A DNA stretch of 64,000 nucleotides, taken from positions 992,001-1,056,000 of the forward strand of contig CBDCOZ010000003.1 of assembly GCA_965220085.1 (NCBI GenBank), in the 5' to 3' direction. This document shows, piece by piece, positions 1 to 9,308 of this stretch. The stretch's first letter is position 1, and each line of letters opens with the position of its first letter. Origin of the DNA: Candidatus Oxydemutatoraceae bacterium (lineage in GTDB: Bacteria; Pseudomonadota; Gammaproteobacteria; Poriferisulfidales; Oxydemutatoraceae). Below the pieces are notes generated by a model, which worked only from the letters and a program-made list of their open reading frames with translations, did no database searches and was not told the DNA's origin. The translations under genes were made by a program, and so were the position numbers.

Positions 1-1
1 C

Positions 2-166
2 GCATCGCGGTTGGGCATCGATGCGCGACAGTTGGAGGAGCGGGCATCGCCGCGTCGGGCGGGAAGCAAACGTTTGAGCAACCGCAAGTTATTGCGGGCT
101 GGCTACCGCTTTCGCTACCCGACATACCGCGATGGTTACGGGCAAGCGGCGGCTCGGCGCGAATAA
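2..166 (+). CDS. 3' end (partial) of an SDR/NAD-dependent epimerase family protein (YeeZ-like)
   Basis: Frame 2 reads ...GSKRLSNRKLLRAGYRFRYPTYRDGYGQAAARRE*, resembling the C-terminal motif of this family; 5' part lies outside the window. Confidence 0.6.
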   Translation, partial: ASRLGIDARQLEERASPRRAGSKRLSNRKLLRAGYRFRYPTYRDGYGQAAARRE

Positions 167-758
167 CGCCGGAAACATTGCGGATTCCCGGCATCGACAC
201 GGGTTGTCATGAATCATGCCGGAAGCATTGCGGACTCCCGGCATCAACACGGGTTGTCATGAATCATGCCGGAAGCATTGCGGACTCCCGGCATCAACAC
301 GGGTTGTCATGCATCGTGCCGGAAGCATTGCGGGCCCCCGGCATCAACGAAGGCCGACAGGCAATATCAGCACATCGGCAACGCCGCCGCAACCGCCCGC
401 CGGAGGCGGTCGCAGGGACTGAATAACGCCGGAAACATTGCGGACTGCCGGCATCGGCACGGGTTGCCGAATCATCCGGAAACATGCCGGACTCCTCGCA
501 TCGACACGGTTGCCGAATCATGCCGGAAACATTGCGGAGTCTTGGCATCGGCACGGGTTGCCGAATCATGCCGGAAACATTGCGGACTGCCGGCATCGAC
601 ACGGGTTGTCATGAATCATGCCGGAAATATTGCGGATTCCCGGCATCGACACGGGTTGTCATGAATCATGCCGGAAACATTGCGGAGTCTTGGCATCGGC
701 ACGGGTTGCCGAATAACGCCAGAAGCATTGCGGACTGCCGGCATCAAGCGGGCGTCAT
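161..758. repeat. Tandem array of about 11 degenerate ~46-50 bp units, each with an ATGCCGG...CCGGCAT inverted repeat; interrupted by a unique segment at 351-420
   Basis: Consensus GAATCATGCCGGAAACATTGCGGACTCCCGGCATCGACACGGGTTGTCAT; units start at 161, 211, 261, 311, 421, 469, 515, 563, 613, 663, 711. Confidence 0.9.
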
Positions 759-816
759 GCAAATTGCTTGGGCTATAATGTCTCTTCCGACGCTTCACAT
801 GTAATTTGGTAGTCAA

Positions 817-1803
817 TTGAAGAACGAACACGGCTGGCAGGTGACCGCTCCGGCGCGCCTGCACTTTGGGTTTATCAATCTGGATCATCGCGCGCCCCGT
901 CGTTTTGGCGGGCTCGGCGTGGCATTGGCGGCGCCGGTGTGTCGGGTCACATGGCAACCCGCTGCGCAGTTGACTATCGTCGGCGATGCGGAGGGCAAAC
1001 TGCGGGATTTGATCATGCGCTTTGATCGGCTGTACGGCGTGACAACCGCCGGTCGCGCAGAGTTGGCGGAATGTATCCCGCGTCACGCCGGGCTCGGCTC
1101 CGGCACACAGTTGGTCTTGGCTGTCGGTCACCTGCTGGCGCGCGCGCATGGTTTGCAACTGGATAGCAGGGATATTGCCGCACAGTTTCAGCGCGGTCTG
1201 CGCTCCGGCATCGGTGTCGCCGCTTTTGACCGCGGCAACTTTGTCGTTGACGGCGGCAAGAAGGAGGAGGCGCGACAGGCGCCGCCATTGCTGGCGAATC
1301 CGAAGTTTCCCGCCGAGTGGCGTATCGTGCTGGTGCTGGATTACCAAGCCGAAGGTTTGCATGGCAGCGATGAGCGCGCGGCATTTGATCTGCTGAAGCA
1401 ATCGTCGCCGCCGTGTGCGAAGGAGCTCAGTTACTTGGTACTGACAGGGATACTGCCGTCCTTGGTCGAGGGTGATTACGATGGCTTCGGCGATGCCTTC
1501 GGGCGGTTTCAGCGGATGATGGGCGACGGCTTCGCATCGTTTCAGGGAGGCGGGCGTTACAGCAGTCCGAATGTCGCAAAGGTCTTGGAATATTTATGCA
1601 AACAAGGTATAAAAGGCATCGGTCAGAGTTCCTGGGGGCCGAGCGCGTACGCCATCGCCAGAGACTCGGGCCACGCCGACGAGATAAAGCGATTGATTAA
1701 GCGTGTTGTCAAAGCCGATGCTGCGATAGCGGATGCGTCAATCGGCATACTTGAAACCCAAGCGAATCCGATCGGCGGCACGATCGAAAAACTTATTCTT
1801 TAG
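817..1803 (+). CDS. mptG: Beta-ribofuranosylaminobenzene 5'-phosphate synthase (GHMP-kinase fold)
   Basis: APARLHFGF, PRHAGLGSGTQL, RSGIG...GNFVVDGG and GQSSWGP motifs; first gene of the H4MPT cluster; TTG start. Confidence 0.9.
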   Translation: MKNEHGWQVTAPARLHFGFINLDHRAPRRFGGLGVALAAPVCRVTWQPAAQLTIVGDAEGKLRDLIMRFDRLYGVTTAGRAELAECIPRHAGLGSGTQLVLAVGHLLARAHGLQLDSRDIAAQFQRGLRSGIGVAAFDRGNFVVDGGKKEEARQAPPLLANPKFPAEWRIVLVLDYQAEGLHGSDERAAFDLLKQSSPPCAKELSYLVLTGILPSLVEGDYDGFGDAFGRFQRMMGDGFASFQGGGRYSSPNVAKVLEYLCKQGIKGIGQSSWGPSAYAIARDSGHADEIKRLIKRVVKADAAIADASIGILETQANPIGGTIEKLIL

Positions 1804-1823
1804 CAGCAGAGGAGATTACGGGA

Positions 1824-2732
1824 ATGGCTCAGAAACGATATATCTTGCACATGTTTACGCCGACAGCCAATGTCAGTCCGTTTGATGTCAATATGGCGGC
1901 GGATGCCGGTTGGGATACGGTTATGCCTTATACCGCGTTGGAGAGCGGGGATATTGCGCCGCTGACGCAGGATGCGATTTTTTCGCGCGGGCCGTCGGGC
2001 GTCAAACGCACCGGCATCTTTATCGGCGGCCGGGATATGCGCGGCGCGTTGGAGATGTTGGATGCCGCGCGCAAGGCTATGGTGCCGCCGTTTGAAGTGT
2101 CGGTGATGGCCGACCCCAGCGGGGCTTTTACAACGGCCGCGGGCATGATTGCCGCCGTCGGCGGCGCATTGGAAGCGGCCGGCGCGGGGTGGCAGTCGCG
2201 TCGGGTGTTGGTGCCGGGAGGCACCGGCCCGGTCGGGATGGCGGTCTCGGTGTTGGCGGCTCAACTCGGCGCCGAGGTCACTATTATGAGTCGGGCGCAG
2301 GAGAAGGCCGACAAAGCGGTTGCGATGTGCCAAAGTTTGGTTGATGGCAAAGGCAGTCTGAGCGGCAGCGGACAAGACCGCAAAGCGGAATTGTTGTCGC
2401 AGACAGAGGTGCTGCTGGCGACGGCTGCGGCGGGCATTGAAGTGATGAGCGCGGATGAAGTGACGGCGGCGGCCCGCCTCAAAGTGGCCGCCGATGTCAA
2501 TGCGGTGCCGCCGTCCGGAATCGCCGGACTGGATGTGATGAGTTCGGATACCGTCTTGCCCGCTTCGCCGTCTTCGGCGATCGGTGTCGGTGCGCTTGCC
2601 ATCGGCAATATCAAATACCAATCTCAGCATCGCCTCTTGAAGCAGATGCGCGAAAGCGACGCGCCGCTGTGCTTGCATTACGAAGATGCCTGTCGGGCGG
2701 CGCAGGAGTATGTCGCGGAAAAACAAGCCTGA
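1824..2732 (+). CDS. mtdB: NAD(P)-dependent methylene-H4MPT dehydrogenase
   Basis: NVSPFDVNMAADAG, DAIFSRGP, DPSGAFTTAA, GGTGPVG and ADVNAVPPSG motifs. Confidence 0.9.
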   Translation: MAQKRYILHMFTPTANVSPFDVNMAADAGWDTVMPYTALESGDIAPLTQDAIFSRGPSGVKRTGIFIGGRDMRGALEMLDAARKAMVPPFEVSVMADPSGAFTTAAGMIAAVGGALEAAGAGWQSRRVLVPGGTGPVGMAVSVLAAQLGAEVTIMSRAQEKADKAVAMCQSLVDGKGSLSGSGQDRKAELLSQTEVLLATAAAGIEVMSADEVTAAARLKVAADVNAVPPSGIAGLDVMSSDTVLPASPSSAIGVGALAIGNIKYQSQHRLLKQMRESDAPLCLHYEDACRAAQEYVAEKQA

Positions 2733-3813
2733 GACTTTAATCGTCTCCTCAAGCGGCCGCTGGTTGGCGGCGTCGGCTGCGCGCAAACAGCACAGCGTCG
2801 GCGTGATAGATATGTTTGCCGATACCGATGTGCGCCGGCATAGTGTGTTTTGCGAACGCGTGCCGCCCGCCGCCGCCGGCGGTTTTGATGCGCAGCGCTT
2901 GCGCAGCGCCTTTGCGCGTTGTGCCGCCGCTCACGATTCGCTGACCGGCTGGATTGCGGGCAGCGGTTTTGAAGCGGCGGCAGATTTGTTGCGCGAGATG
3001 GCGTCTTGCTTGCCTCTGATCGGCAATGATCCGCGGATATTTGAAACCTGCGCACAGCCCGGCGCGCTCAAGCGGCGGGCGGGGCGGCTGGGAATAAGCT
3101 GTGTGCCGCAGGACGATGACATGCCTTGCCTGCTCAAGCGTCCGACTGCCGGCGGCGGGTGGCATATCCGTTTGAATGCGGATGCGATGCCGTCTGATGT
3201 GCGCGAGACGTATCTGCCGGGTGTGGCGCTCTCGCATGTGTTTGTTGCCGCAGAAGGGCGGATATCCAGCATCGGTTTTGGCACCCAGTGGCATTCCCGT
3301 CACGACACGGAACGGCCTTTTGCTTATGGCGGCGCGATCAACCGCTGTCTGCTGAGCGCAGACGAACAACAAAAACTGATAGCGCGGAGCCGTTGTCTGA
3401 GCGCCGATCTGGGTTTGCGCGGATTGAATAACATAGACTATTTGTGGTGCGCGGGGGAGGTTTGCTTTCTTGAACTCAATCCGCGCCCGAGCGCGAGCAT
3501 GGCGGTGTATGATCCGGATTACCGCGACGGCCTGTTTGCCGCGCATCTGAACGCGTGTCGCGGTCGCTTGCTGCCGGCGAATCCGGTGTCGCGGGTCAGA
3601 GCCCACGCGGTGATTCACGCCCAATGTGATTTTGTCTTGCCCGATAATTTTGCGTGGCGGGAAGCGGCTTGCGATCGCCCGCGCCCGCGTTCGTTTGGCA
3701 AGGGGGAGCCGGTTTGCAGTTTGGTAGTACAATGTGCCACTGTCGAATCAACCTTGTCACTATTACAACAAGAAACACGCGAACTCATTGCCCGCTTTGC
3801 CCGCGCGGCCTAA
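2710..3813 (+). CDS. ATP-grasp domain protein (OrfY-like, H4MPT/methanofuran-linked)
   Basis: IDMFADTD, GSGFE, GLRGLNNIDY and LELNPRPSAS motifs; lies between mtdB and mch; RBS GGAG before the ATG at 2710. Confidence 0.8.
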   Translation: MSRKNKPETLIVSSSGRWLAASAARKQHSVGVIDMFADTDVRRHSVFCERVPPAAAGGFDAQRLRSAFARCAAAHDSLTGWIAGSGFEAAADLLREMASCLPLIGNDPRIFETCAQPGALKRRAGRLGISCVPQDDDMPCLLKRPTAGGGWHIRLNADAMPSDVRETYLPGVALSHVFVAAEGRISSIGFGTQWHSRHDTERPFAYGGAINRCLLSADEQQKLIARSRCLSADLGLRGLNNIDYLWCAGEVCFLELNPRPSASMAVYDPDYRDGLFAAHLNACRGRLLPANPVSRVRAHAVIHAQCDFVLPDNFAWREAACDRPRPRSFGKGEPVCSLVVQCATVESTLSLLQQETRELIARFARAA

Positions 3814-3858
3814 AACCCGGTTTAACAGCCCGTTAAAGAACATTTAAGGAAGCAATTT

Positions 3859-4830
3859 ATGAATGCCGATGAACTCAGTATCAATACGCTGACGATACCG
3901 CTGCTTGAATCGTTATGCGCCAGGGCTGTGCCTTTGCGGCTTGGTATCAAGCGTTGTGAGAGCGGTGCGCGGATTATCGATGCCGGAATTGCATCGGCAG
4001 GCGGCCTTGAAGCGGGGCGCGCGATCGCCGAGATTTGTCTCGGCGGATTGGGTCATGTGCGCTTGATGCACGATGGCGTAAGCGAAAGATGGCCGCTGAC
4101 GGTGCATGTGCACACATCCGATCCGGTCATCGCTTGCTTGGCATCGCAATATGCGGGCTGGAGTTTGTCGCACAAAGATGGCGGCGAATCTTTTCACGCG
4201 CTGGGTTCCGGGCCGGCGCGGGCGTTGTCACGGCGCGAACCGCTGTTTGCGGAGCTCGGTTACCGCGACAGTTGCGAGCGGGCGGCGCTCGTTTTGGAAG
4301 CGGATCAACCGCCGCCTCCGCCGTTAGTCGAAAAGATTGCCGGGCAGTGCGGCGTGGCTGCGGATAACTTGTCGCTGATTCTGACGCCGACGAGCAGCCT
4401 TGCGGGTTCTGCTCAAGTCGTTGCCAGAGTTTTGGAAGTGGCGCTGCACAAAGCGCATGCGCTGGGTTTTGATTTGAACCACATCGTCGATGGCGCCGGC
4501 AGTGCGCCGCTGGCGCCGCCGGCTTCCGATTTTCTCACGGCGATGGGGCGCACCAATGACGCGATTATGTTTGCCGGTCGGGCGCAACTGTTTGTGAATG
4601 GCACGGCGGAAAAGGCCGAAGCATTGGCACAAGCATTACCCAGCAATACATCGCGCGATTACGGCGAGCCTTTTGCAAGTATCTTTAAGCGCTACGAATA
4701 TGACTTCTTCAAGATCGATCCGATGCTGTTCAGCCCCGCCCAAGTGATGGTTTCGCATCTGCCGAGCGGGAAAACGTTCCGCGCCGGATCGCTGGATACC
4801 GAGTTGCTTGAGAAGTCTTTCGCCGCCTGA
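3859..4830 (+). CDS. mch: Methenyl-H4MPT cyclohydrolase
   Basis: ACLASQYAGW, LGSGPARAL, QVVARVLEVALHK, MGRTNDAI and FFKIDPMLFSPA motifs. Confidence 0.95.
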   Translation: MNADELSINTLTIPLLESLCARAVPLRLGIKRCESGARIIDAGIASAGGLEAGRAIAEICLGGLGHVRLMHDGVSERWPLTVHVHTSDPVIACLASQYAGWSLSHKDGGESFHALGSGPARALSRREPLFAELGYRDSCERAALVLEADQPPPPPLVEKIAGQCGVAADNLSLILTPTSSLAGSAQVVARVLEVALHKAHALGFDLNHIVDGAGSAPLAPPASDFLTAMGRTNDAIMFAGRAQLFVNGTAEKAEALAQALPSNTSRDYGEPFASIFKRYEYDFFKIDPMLFSPAQVMVSHLPSGKTFRAGSLDTELLEKSFAA

Positions 4831-4859
4831 GCCGGTCATCTGTTTGTTGTTTCCGGACA

Positions 4860-5777
4860 ATGGCCGCTGACAATATCGGGGATAGCACAATTTCCATCGC
4901 GCTGATAAGCGATGCACCCGGCTGGCACAGTGAGCAATTAATCAATTCTTTCTCCAAACGATCTTGCACGGTCAAAGTCGTGCCTCTGCAACAATGTCAT
5001 ATCACAAGCGATCGCGGCGCGGTGCGCTTGCCGGGCTTTGCAGACCGGTTGCCGCATGGCGTGTTTGTTCGCGGTATCCCGGCGGGCTCGCTTGACACGG
5101 TTACGTTTTATCTCGATGTGCTTCATGCGCTGGCGCATCTGGGGGTATTTGTTTATAACGATGCCGCGATGATAGAGCGCAGTGTGGATAAGAGTATGAC
5201 GAGCTTTTTACTGTCTCTGGGAGAGGTTGCGACGCCTTTGGCGTGGTCTTTTTCCGACTGGGATAAGGCTGCCGGGGTCGTTGAAGCGCAACTGCAAAAC
5301 AAAGCTTGCAAGCTGGTATTAAAGCCTGTTTTCGGTTCTCAAGGTAAAGGTCTGGAGTTGATTCAAAATCTGCAAGCTTGGCAAGTGGCGCATGCGCACA
5401 ACAAAGACAATGAATGTGTTTGCTATCTGCAATCGTTTGTTGAAAGCGGGGAGGGCGGCGATATGAGAACATTTGTCATCGGCGGCAAAGTTATCGCGGC
5501 GATGAAACGCATTGGCGAAGGTTGGATTAATAATGTTGCTCGCGGAGCAAAATGCGTCAGCGTTGATTGCACCGATGAGATGGCCGAGTTGTCACAGAAA
5601 GCAACGGCACAACTCGGCATTTTTTACGGCGGGGTTGATCTGATAAGAGATGCTGACGGTAAGTTGTGGGTAATCGAGGTGAACAGCATTCCGGCATGGA
5701 AGGGTTTGCAGGGCATTTCCGATATAAATATAGCCGATTGCCTGGCGGAGGATTTTCTTGACAAGATTGCCGTGTAG
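4860..5777 (+). CDS. RimK-family ATP-grasp glutamate ligase (Orf5/MptN-like)
   Basis: IERSVDKSMTSFLL, KPVFGSQGKG, NNVARG and IEVNSIPAWKGLQ motifs; follows mch. Confidence 0.85.
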   Translation: MAADNIGDSTISIALISDAPGWHSEQLINSFSKRSCTVKVVPLQQCHITSDRGAVRLPGFADRLPHGVFVRGIPAGSLDTVTFYLDVLHALAHLGVFVYNDAAMIERSVDKSMTSFLLSLGEVATPLAWSFSDWDKAAGVVEAQLQNKACKLVLKPVFGSQGKGLELIQNLQAWQVAHAHNKDNECVCYLQSFVESGEGGDMRTFVIGGKVIAAMKRIGEGWINNVARGAKCVSVDCTDEMAELSQKATAQLGIFYGGVDLIRDADGKLWVIEVNSIPAWKGLQGISDINIADCLAEDFLDKIAV

Positions 5778-5801
5778 CGGGCATTGTCGGAGGGTTTGCA
5801 G

Positions 5802-6665
5802 ATGGACAAGGTGAAGCGGTCGCGGCAGTTGACGGAGTTGTTTCATGCCGCGTGTGTCACTGACATTGAAGCGCTGAAGCCGGGCAATGTCGGCCTTCAC
5901 GATGCGGGACAGTCGCTGACATACCGGGACTTTGTTCGGAGTGCCGATTTGTGTGCCGGGCCGATTTGTGAGCCCGACCTGTCTCTTGGCAAAAGAGTTC
6001 TCAATGCCATTCGCGCGACCCGCGCGGGTGTGTCGCATAATACCAATCTCGGCATCGTGTTGTTGTGCGCGCCGTTGATACAAGCGGCTTATCAGAAACG
6101 GAGCGGACAGTCTTTGCGCGACGCGCTGGCCGGGGCGCTGGCGACAACGACAACGGACGATGCGGCGGATGTGTACGAGGCGATCCGCGTATCAGGCGCG
6201 GGCAATCTGGATACGGTGACAGAGGCGGATATCGCGGATACGCCTTCGGTAACCCTCTCTCAGGCGATGCATCTTGCGCGTGATCGGGATATGGTCGCAA
6301 GGCAGTATGTTAATGATTATGCAGATATATTTGACTTTGCTTTGCCTTGCCTGCTTGAATTTCGGGCGCGATGGGATTACAATGCTTGGCCCGTCACCGG
6401 CGTCTACTTGGCGCTGTTGGCGCGGTATCCGGACAGCCTGGTAGCTCGTAAGTTCGGTATGGATAAGGCGGAACGAATCCGCCGCGATGCCGAACTTCTC
6501 TATAGCGAGTTTTCCGGGAGTCAAGAGCCGGCGGCGTTCGCAGAACGCTTGCTGGCGATGGATGGGGGGCTCAAAAAAGATGGTCTCAATCCTGGCACAA
6601 CGGCTGATTTTGCAGTCGCCGCCGTGCTGGTCGCATCCATGAAATCTACGTTAAATGAAACATAG
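5802..6665 (+). CDS. CitG-family protein (Orf7 of H4MPT clusters)
   Basis: EALKPGNV, NTNLGIVLLCAPL, DSLVARKFG and LNPGTTAD motifs; start could instead be the TTG at 5784. Confidence 0.85.
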   Translation: MDKVKRSRQLTELFHAACVTDIEALKPGNVGLHDAGQSLTYRDFVRSADLCAGPICEPDLSLGKRVLNAIRATRAGVSHNTNLGIVLLCAPLIQAAYQKRSGQSLRDALAGALATTTTDDAADVYEAIRVSGAGNLDTVTEADIADTPSVTLSQAMHLARDRDMVARQYVNDYADIFDFALPCLLEFRARWDYNAWPVTGVYLALLARYPDSLVARKFGMDKAERIRRDAELLYSEFSGSQEPAAFAERLLAMDGGLKKDGLNPGTTADFAVAAVLVASMKSTLNET

Positions 6666-6674
6666 GAGAATAAA

Positions 6675-7199
6675 ATGTCAATTAACAAAGTAATGGTAGG
6701 GGAAGCCCTGGTAAACGACAATGACCCATCAGGCACTATGGCGGAGATCGCCCATATTGACTTGCTGATAGGCCCTCGCGGTTCGGCTGTTGAATCGGCT
6801 TTCTGCAATGGCTTGGTCAATAACAAAGACGGCTTTAGCTCTTTGCTGGCCGTGATTGCGCCCAACTTGCCTTGCAAGCCCAACACCATGATGTTCAACA
6901 AAGTGACCATCAAAGGCGAAAAGCAAGCAGTGCAAATGTTCGGCCCGGCCCAAGCCGCGGTAGCGAAAGCTGTTCAGGATTGCGTCGCCGATGGCGTGAT
7001 TTCGCAGGACGATGCGGACGATGTCTATATCTGTGTCGGCGTTTTCATTCACTGGCAAGCCGAAAGCAACGAAGCTATCTACGAGAACAACTACAAGGCT
7101 ACCAAGATGGCCATTGAGAATGCCGTCCAAGGCAAGCCCAGCGTTGCCGAGGCGACAGCACAGAAAGATTCCGCTGATCATCCGTTCAAAGGTTTCTAA
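6675..7199 (+). CDS. fae: Formaldehyde-activating enzyme
   Basis: [41 protein letters not shown] and GVFIHW motifs; ends HPFKGF; RBS AGGAG. Confidence 0.95.
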   Translation: MSINKVMVGEALVNDNDPSGTMAEIAHIDLLIGPRGSAVESAFCNGLVNNKDGFSSLLAVIAPNLPCKPNTMMFNKVTIKGEKQAVQMFGPAQAAVAKAVQDCVADGVISQDDADDVYICVGVFIHWQAESNEAIYENNYKATKMAIENAVQGKPSVAEATAQKDSADHPFKGF

Positions 7200-7245
7200 T
7201 CTGACTCAAACTACGGACAGCCCTGGTGCGCTGTGTTCGTCAAAG

Positions 7246-7782
7246 ATGACCGCAACACAGCCGCTCCAAGGGCTGCCTCCGTTGACCGACCCGACCGACC
7301 CGGCTCGCGCGCGGGTCTTAATTCTGGGTTCCATGCCGAGCGCGGCATCCATTGCCGGGCAGGCTTACTACGCCCACCCCCGCAATCATTTTTGGCCTTT
7401 GATGGGGGCCTTGTTCGGAATCGCCCGCGATGCGCCCTACCCGCGGCGTTGTCGGCGTCTGATCGCTTGCAACGTGGCGGTTTGGGATGCGTTGTCGCAA
7501 TGCTTGCGCGAGGGCAGTCTTGATTCTGCGATCGTGGAATCTTCTATCGTGCCCAACGATATCGGCGGGTTTTTGCGGCGACATCGGAAGATACGGCATG
7601 TCTTTTTTAACGGGCGCAAATCGCAGCAGATATTTAAGCGTTACATAGCCGATGAGGTATTGCAACTTGAGCGTGAGATGACGTACCGGCGCTTGCCATC
7701 AACCAGCCCGGCTAATGCTGCTTTGACTTTGGATGACAAGCTCAAAGTCTGGCAGATTGTTGCCGAGTGTGCCGGAACATAG
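7246..7782 (+). CDS. DNA-deoxyinosine glycosylase (uracil-DNA glycosylase superfamily)
   Basis: LILGSMP, YYAHPRNHFW, REGSLDSAI and LPSTSPANA motifs. Confidence 0.85.
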   Translation: MTATQPLQGLPPLTDPTDPARARVLILGSMPSAASIAGQAYYAHPRNHFWPLMGALFGIARDAPYPRRCRRLIACNVAVWDALSQCLREGSLDSAIVESSIVPNDIGGFLRRHRKIRHVFFNGRKSQQIFKRYIADEVLQLEREMTYRRLPSTSPANAALTLDDKLKVWQIVAECAGT

Positions 7783-7784
7783 AT

Positions 7785-8309
7785 TTATATTCCCGCTCGG
7801 CAGCGGGCAATAATAAATTCACAAATGGCATTGATGTCGTCGATATGCATCATCGGTATTTGAATATCTGCGGGCGGCTCAATATCGCTGACAAAAGCGA
7901 TGATGTTCGGGTCTTGCGGATACATCGGTTGGCGTCCGCAGGCCCCTCGGTGCAATTCAATCTTGTCAAAGTTCTCGCGTTTGAAGCCCTCGATCAGAAT
8001 CAGATCGATGTCGGGGCAGGTCATCGTTGCAATCAGTTCCTCCGGCGTTGCTTCCGCCTCGTCGGCGAGTTCGTGAATCAATGCCCAGCGCCGATTTGAT
8101 GCGACCAGCATTCTTTTCGCTCCCGCCTTGCGCAGTTCGTAGCTGTCCTTGCCGGGGCGGTCGGTGTCAAAGCTGTGATGCGCGTGCTTGATGATGCCGA
8201 CACGCATGTTTCTTGCCGCCAATGCCGGCAGCAGTTTGGTCAGCAGGGTGGTTTTGCCGGTGCCGCTGTATGCGCAAAAGCCTATGATCGGGGGTTTCTT
8301 GGTCGCCAT
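7785..8309 (-). CDS. mobB: Molybdopterin-guanine dinucleotide biosynthesis protein B
   Basis: AYSGTGKTTLL, IKHAHHSFDTDRPGKDSYELRKAGA and LIEGFK motifs. Confidence 0.95.
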   Translation of the reverse strand: MATKKPPIIGFCAYSGTGKTTLLTKLLPALAARNMRVGIIKHAHHSFDTDRPGKDSYELRKAGAKRMLVASNRRWALIHELADEAEATPEELIATMTCPDIDLILIEGFKRENFDKIELHRGACGRQPMYPQDPNIIAFVSDIEPPADIQIPMMHIDDINAICEFIIARCRAGI

Positions 8310-8312
8310 AAT

Positions 8313-8906
8313 CTATGCGTTAGAGCGGGTTTGAGATAAGTCTTGCGGCGTGTTGATGTTATGGAAAGCGTCGCGCTCATGCTCAAAATTGCAACGCGCC
8401 GCTTTGATCTTTTCAAACCAGCGGTCTATCTTGCGTTCGCCGCCGGCGAGTTGTTCGCGCAGGGAGTCGAGCAGGGAGGTTTTCATCAGGCAGAAAACAG
8501 GATGCATCCTGCGGCCGTCGTCGGCAACCGCCAAGTCGCTGTCAGTGTCGAGCAGCGCTTCGCTCAGTCGTTCGACGAGATCGGCGGGCGGGTTCGGGCT
8601 GTCGCACGGCACGGTTGCCAGATAGGGCGTGTGTGCGGCGCTCAGCGCGGTTTCCACGCCGGCGAGAGGGCCTTGAAAGTCGGGATGCTTGTCACGGATG
8701 ACCGGATAGCCGTAACTTTGATAAACCGGCAGATTGCGGTTGGCGTTGATCAGCAAAGTCGCAACCTGCGGATCGAATGCGGCGATGACGTGCTCTATCA
8801 GCGGTTTGCCGGCGAGTTCAATCAGGCCTTTGTCCTCTCCGTTCATGCGCATTCCTTTGCCGCCGGCCAGTATGACACCGGTTGTCATGTTTTTTATTTC
8901 TGTCAT
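8313..8906 (-). CDS. mobA: Molybdenum cofactor guanylyltransferase
   Basis: ILAGGKGMRMNGEDKGL, FQGPLAG, VPCDSP and FHNINTPQDL motifs. Confidence 0.95.
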   Translation of the reverse strand: MTEIKNMTTGVILAGGKGMRMNGEDKGLIELAGKPLIEHVIAAFDPQVATLLINANRNLPVYQSYGYPVIRDKHPDFQGPLAGVETALSAAHTPYLATVPCDSPNPPADLVERLSEALLDTDSDLAVADDGRRMHPVFCLMKTSLLDSLREQLAGGERKIDRWFEKIKAARCNFEHERDAFHNINTPQDLSQTRSNA

Positions 8907-8996
8907 GGGTAATGATGTTTCTCAAGGCAATCCTTCCATTCTATTTTATAATGGAAACTGTCACAGCGCAGTTTGAATATATGATAAGGAGGGAAT

Positions 8997-9293
8997 ATGT
9001 CCGGCGATGACAAACGATCCGCGATTGAAGCGGCGGTTTACCGACGGTTGGTGCGGCACCTGCAAGAAAAGACCGAAGTACAGAATATAGATTTGATGAA
9101 TCTTTCCGATTTTTGCCGCAACTGCCTTGCCAAATGGTATGTGGCGGCAGCCAAAGAGGAAGGCGCGGAGATCGATTACGAGCAGGCGCGCGAGGAGGTT
9201 TACGGCATGCCTTATGCCGAATGGAAACAGCGTTACCAGAAGCCTTTGACCGCAGAGCAGAAGCGGGCGATGAAAGCGCACGGCAATTCCTGA
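8997..9293 (+). CDS. DUF1244 family protein
   Basis: VQNIDLMNL..FCRNCLAKWY and VYGMPYAEWK motifs; RBS GGAGG. Confidence 0.85.
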   Translation: MSGDDKRSAIEAAVYRRLVRHLQEKTEVQNIDLMNLSDFCRNCLAKWYVAAAKEEGAEIDYEQAREEVYGMPYAEWKQRYQKPLTAEQKRAMKAHGNS

Positions 9294-9308
9294 CCGCCGT
9301 TCCCCGAT

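Noticed and set aside
161-758. CRISPR array, or protein-coding ORFs over the first array
   Set aside because: Units are contiguous with no spacers, and unit lengths of 46-50 bp shift frame, so the ORFs are repeat translations.
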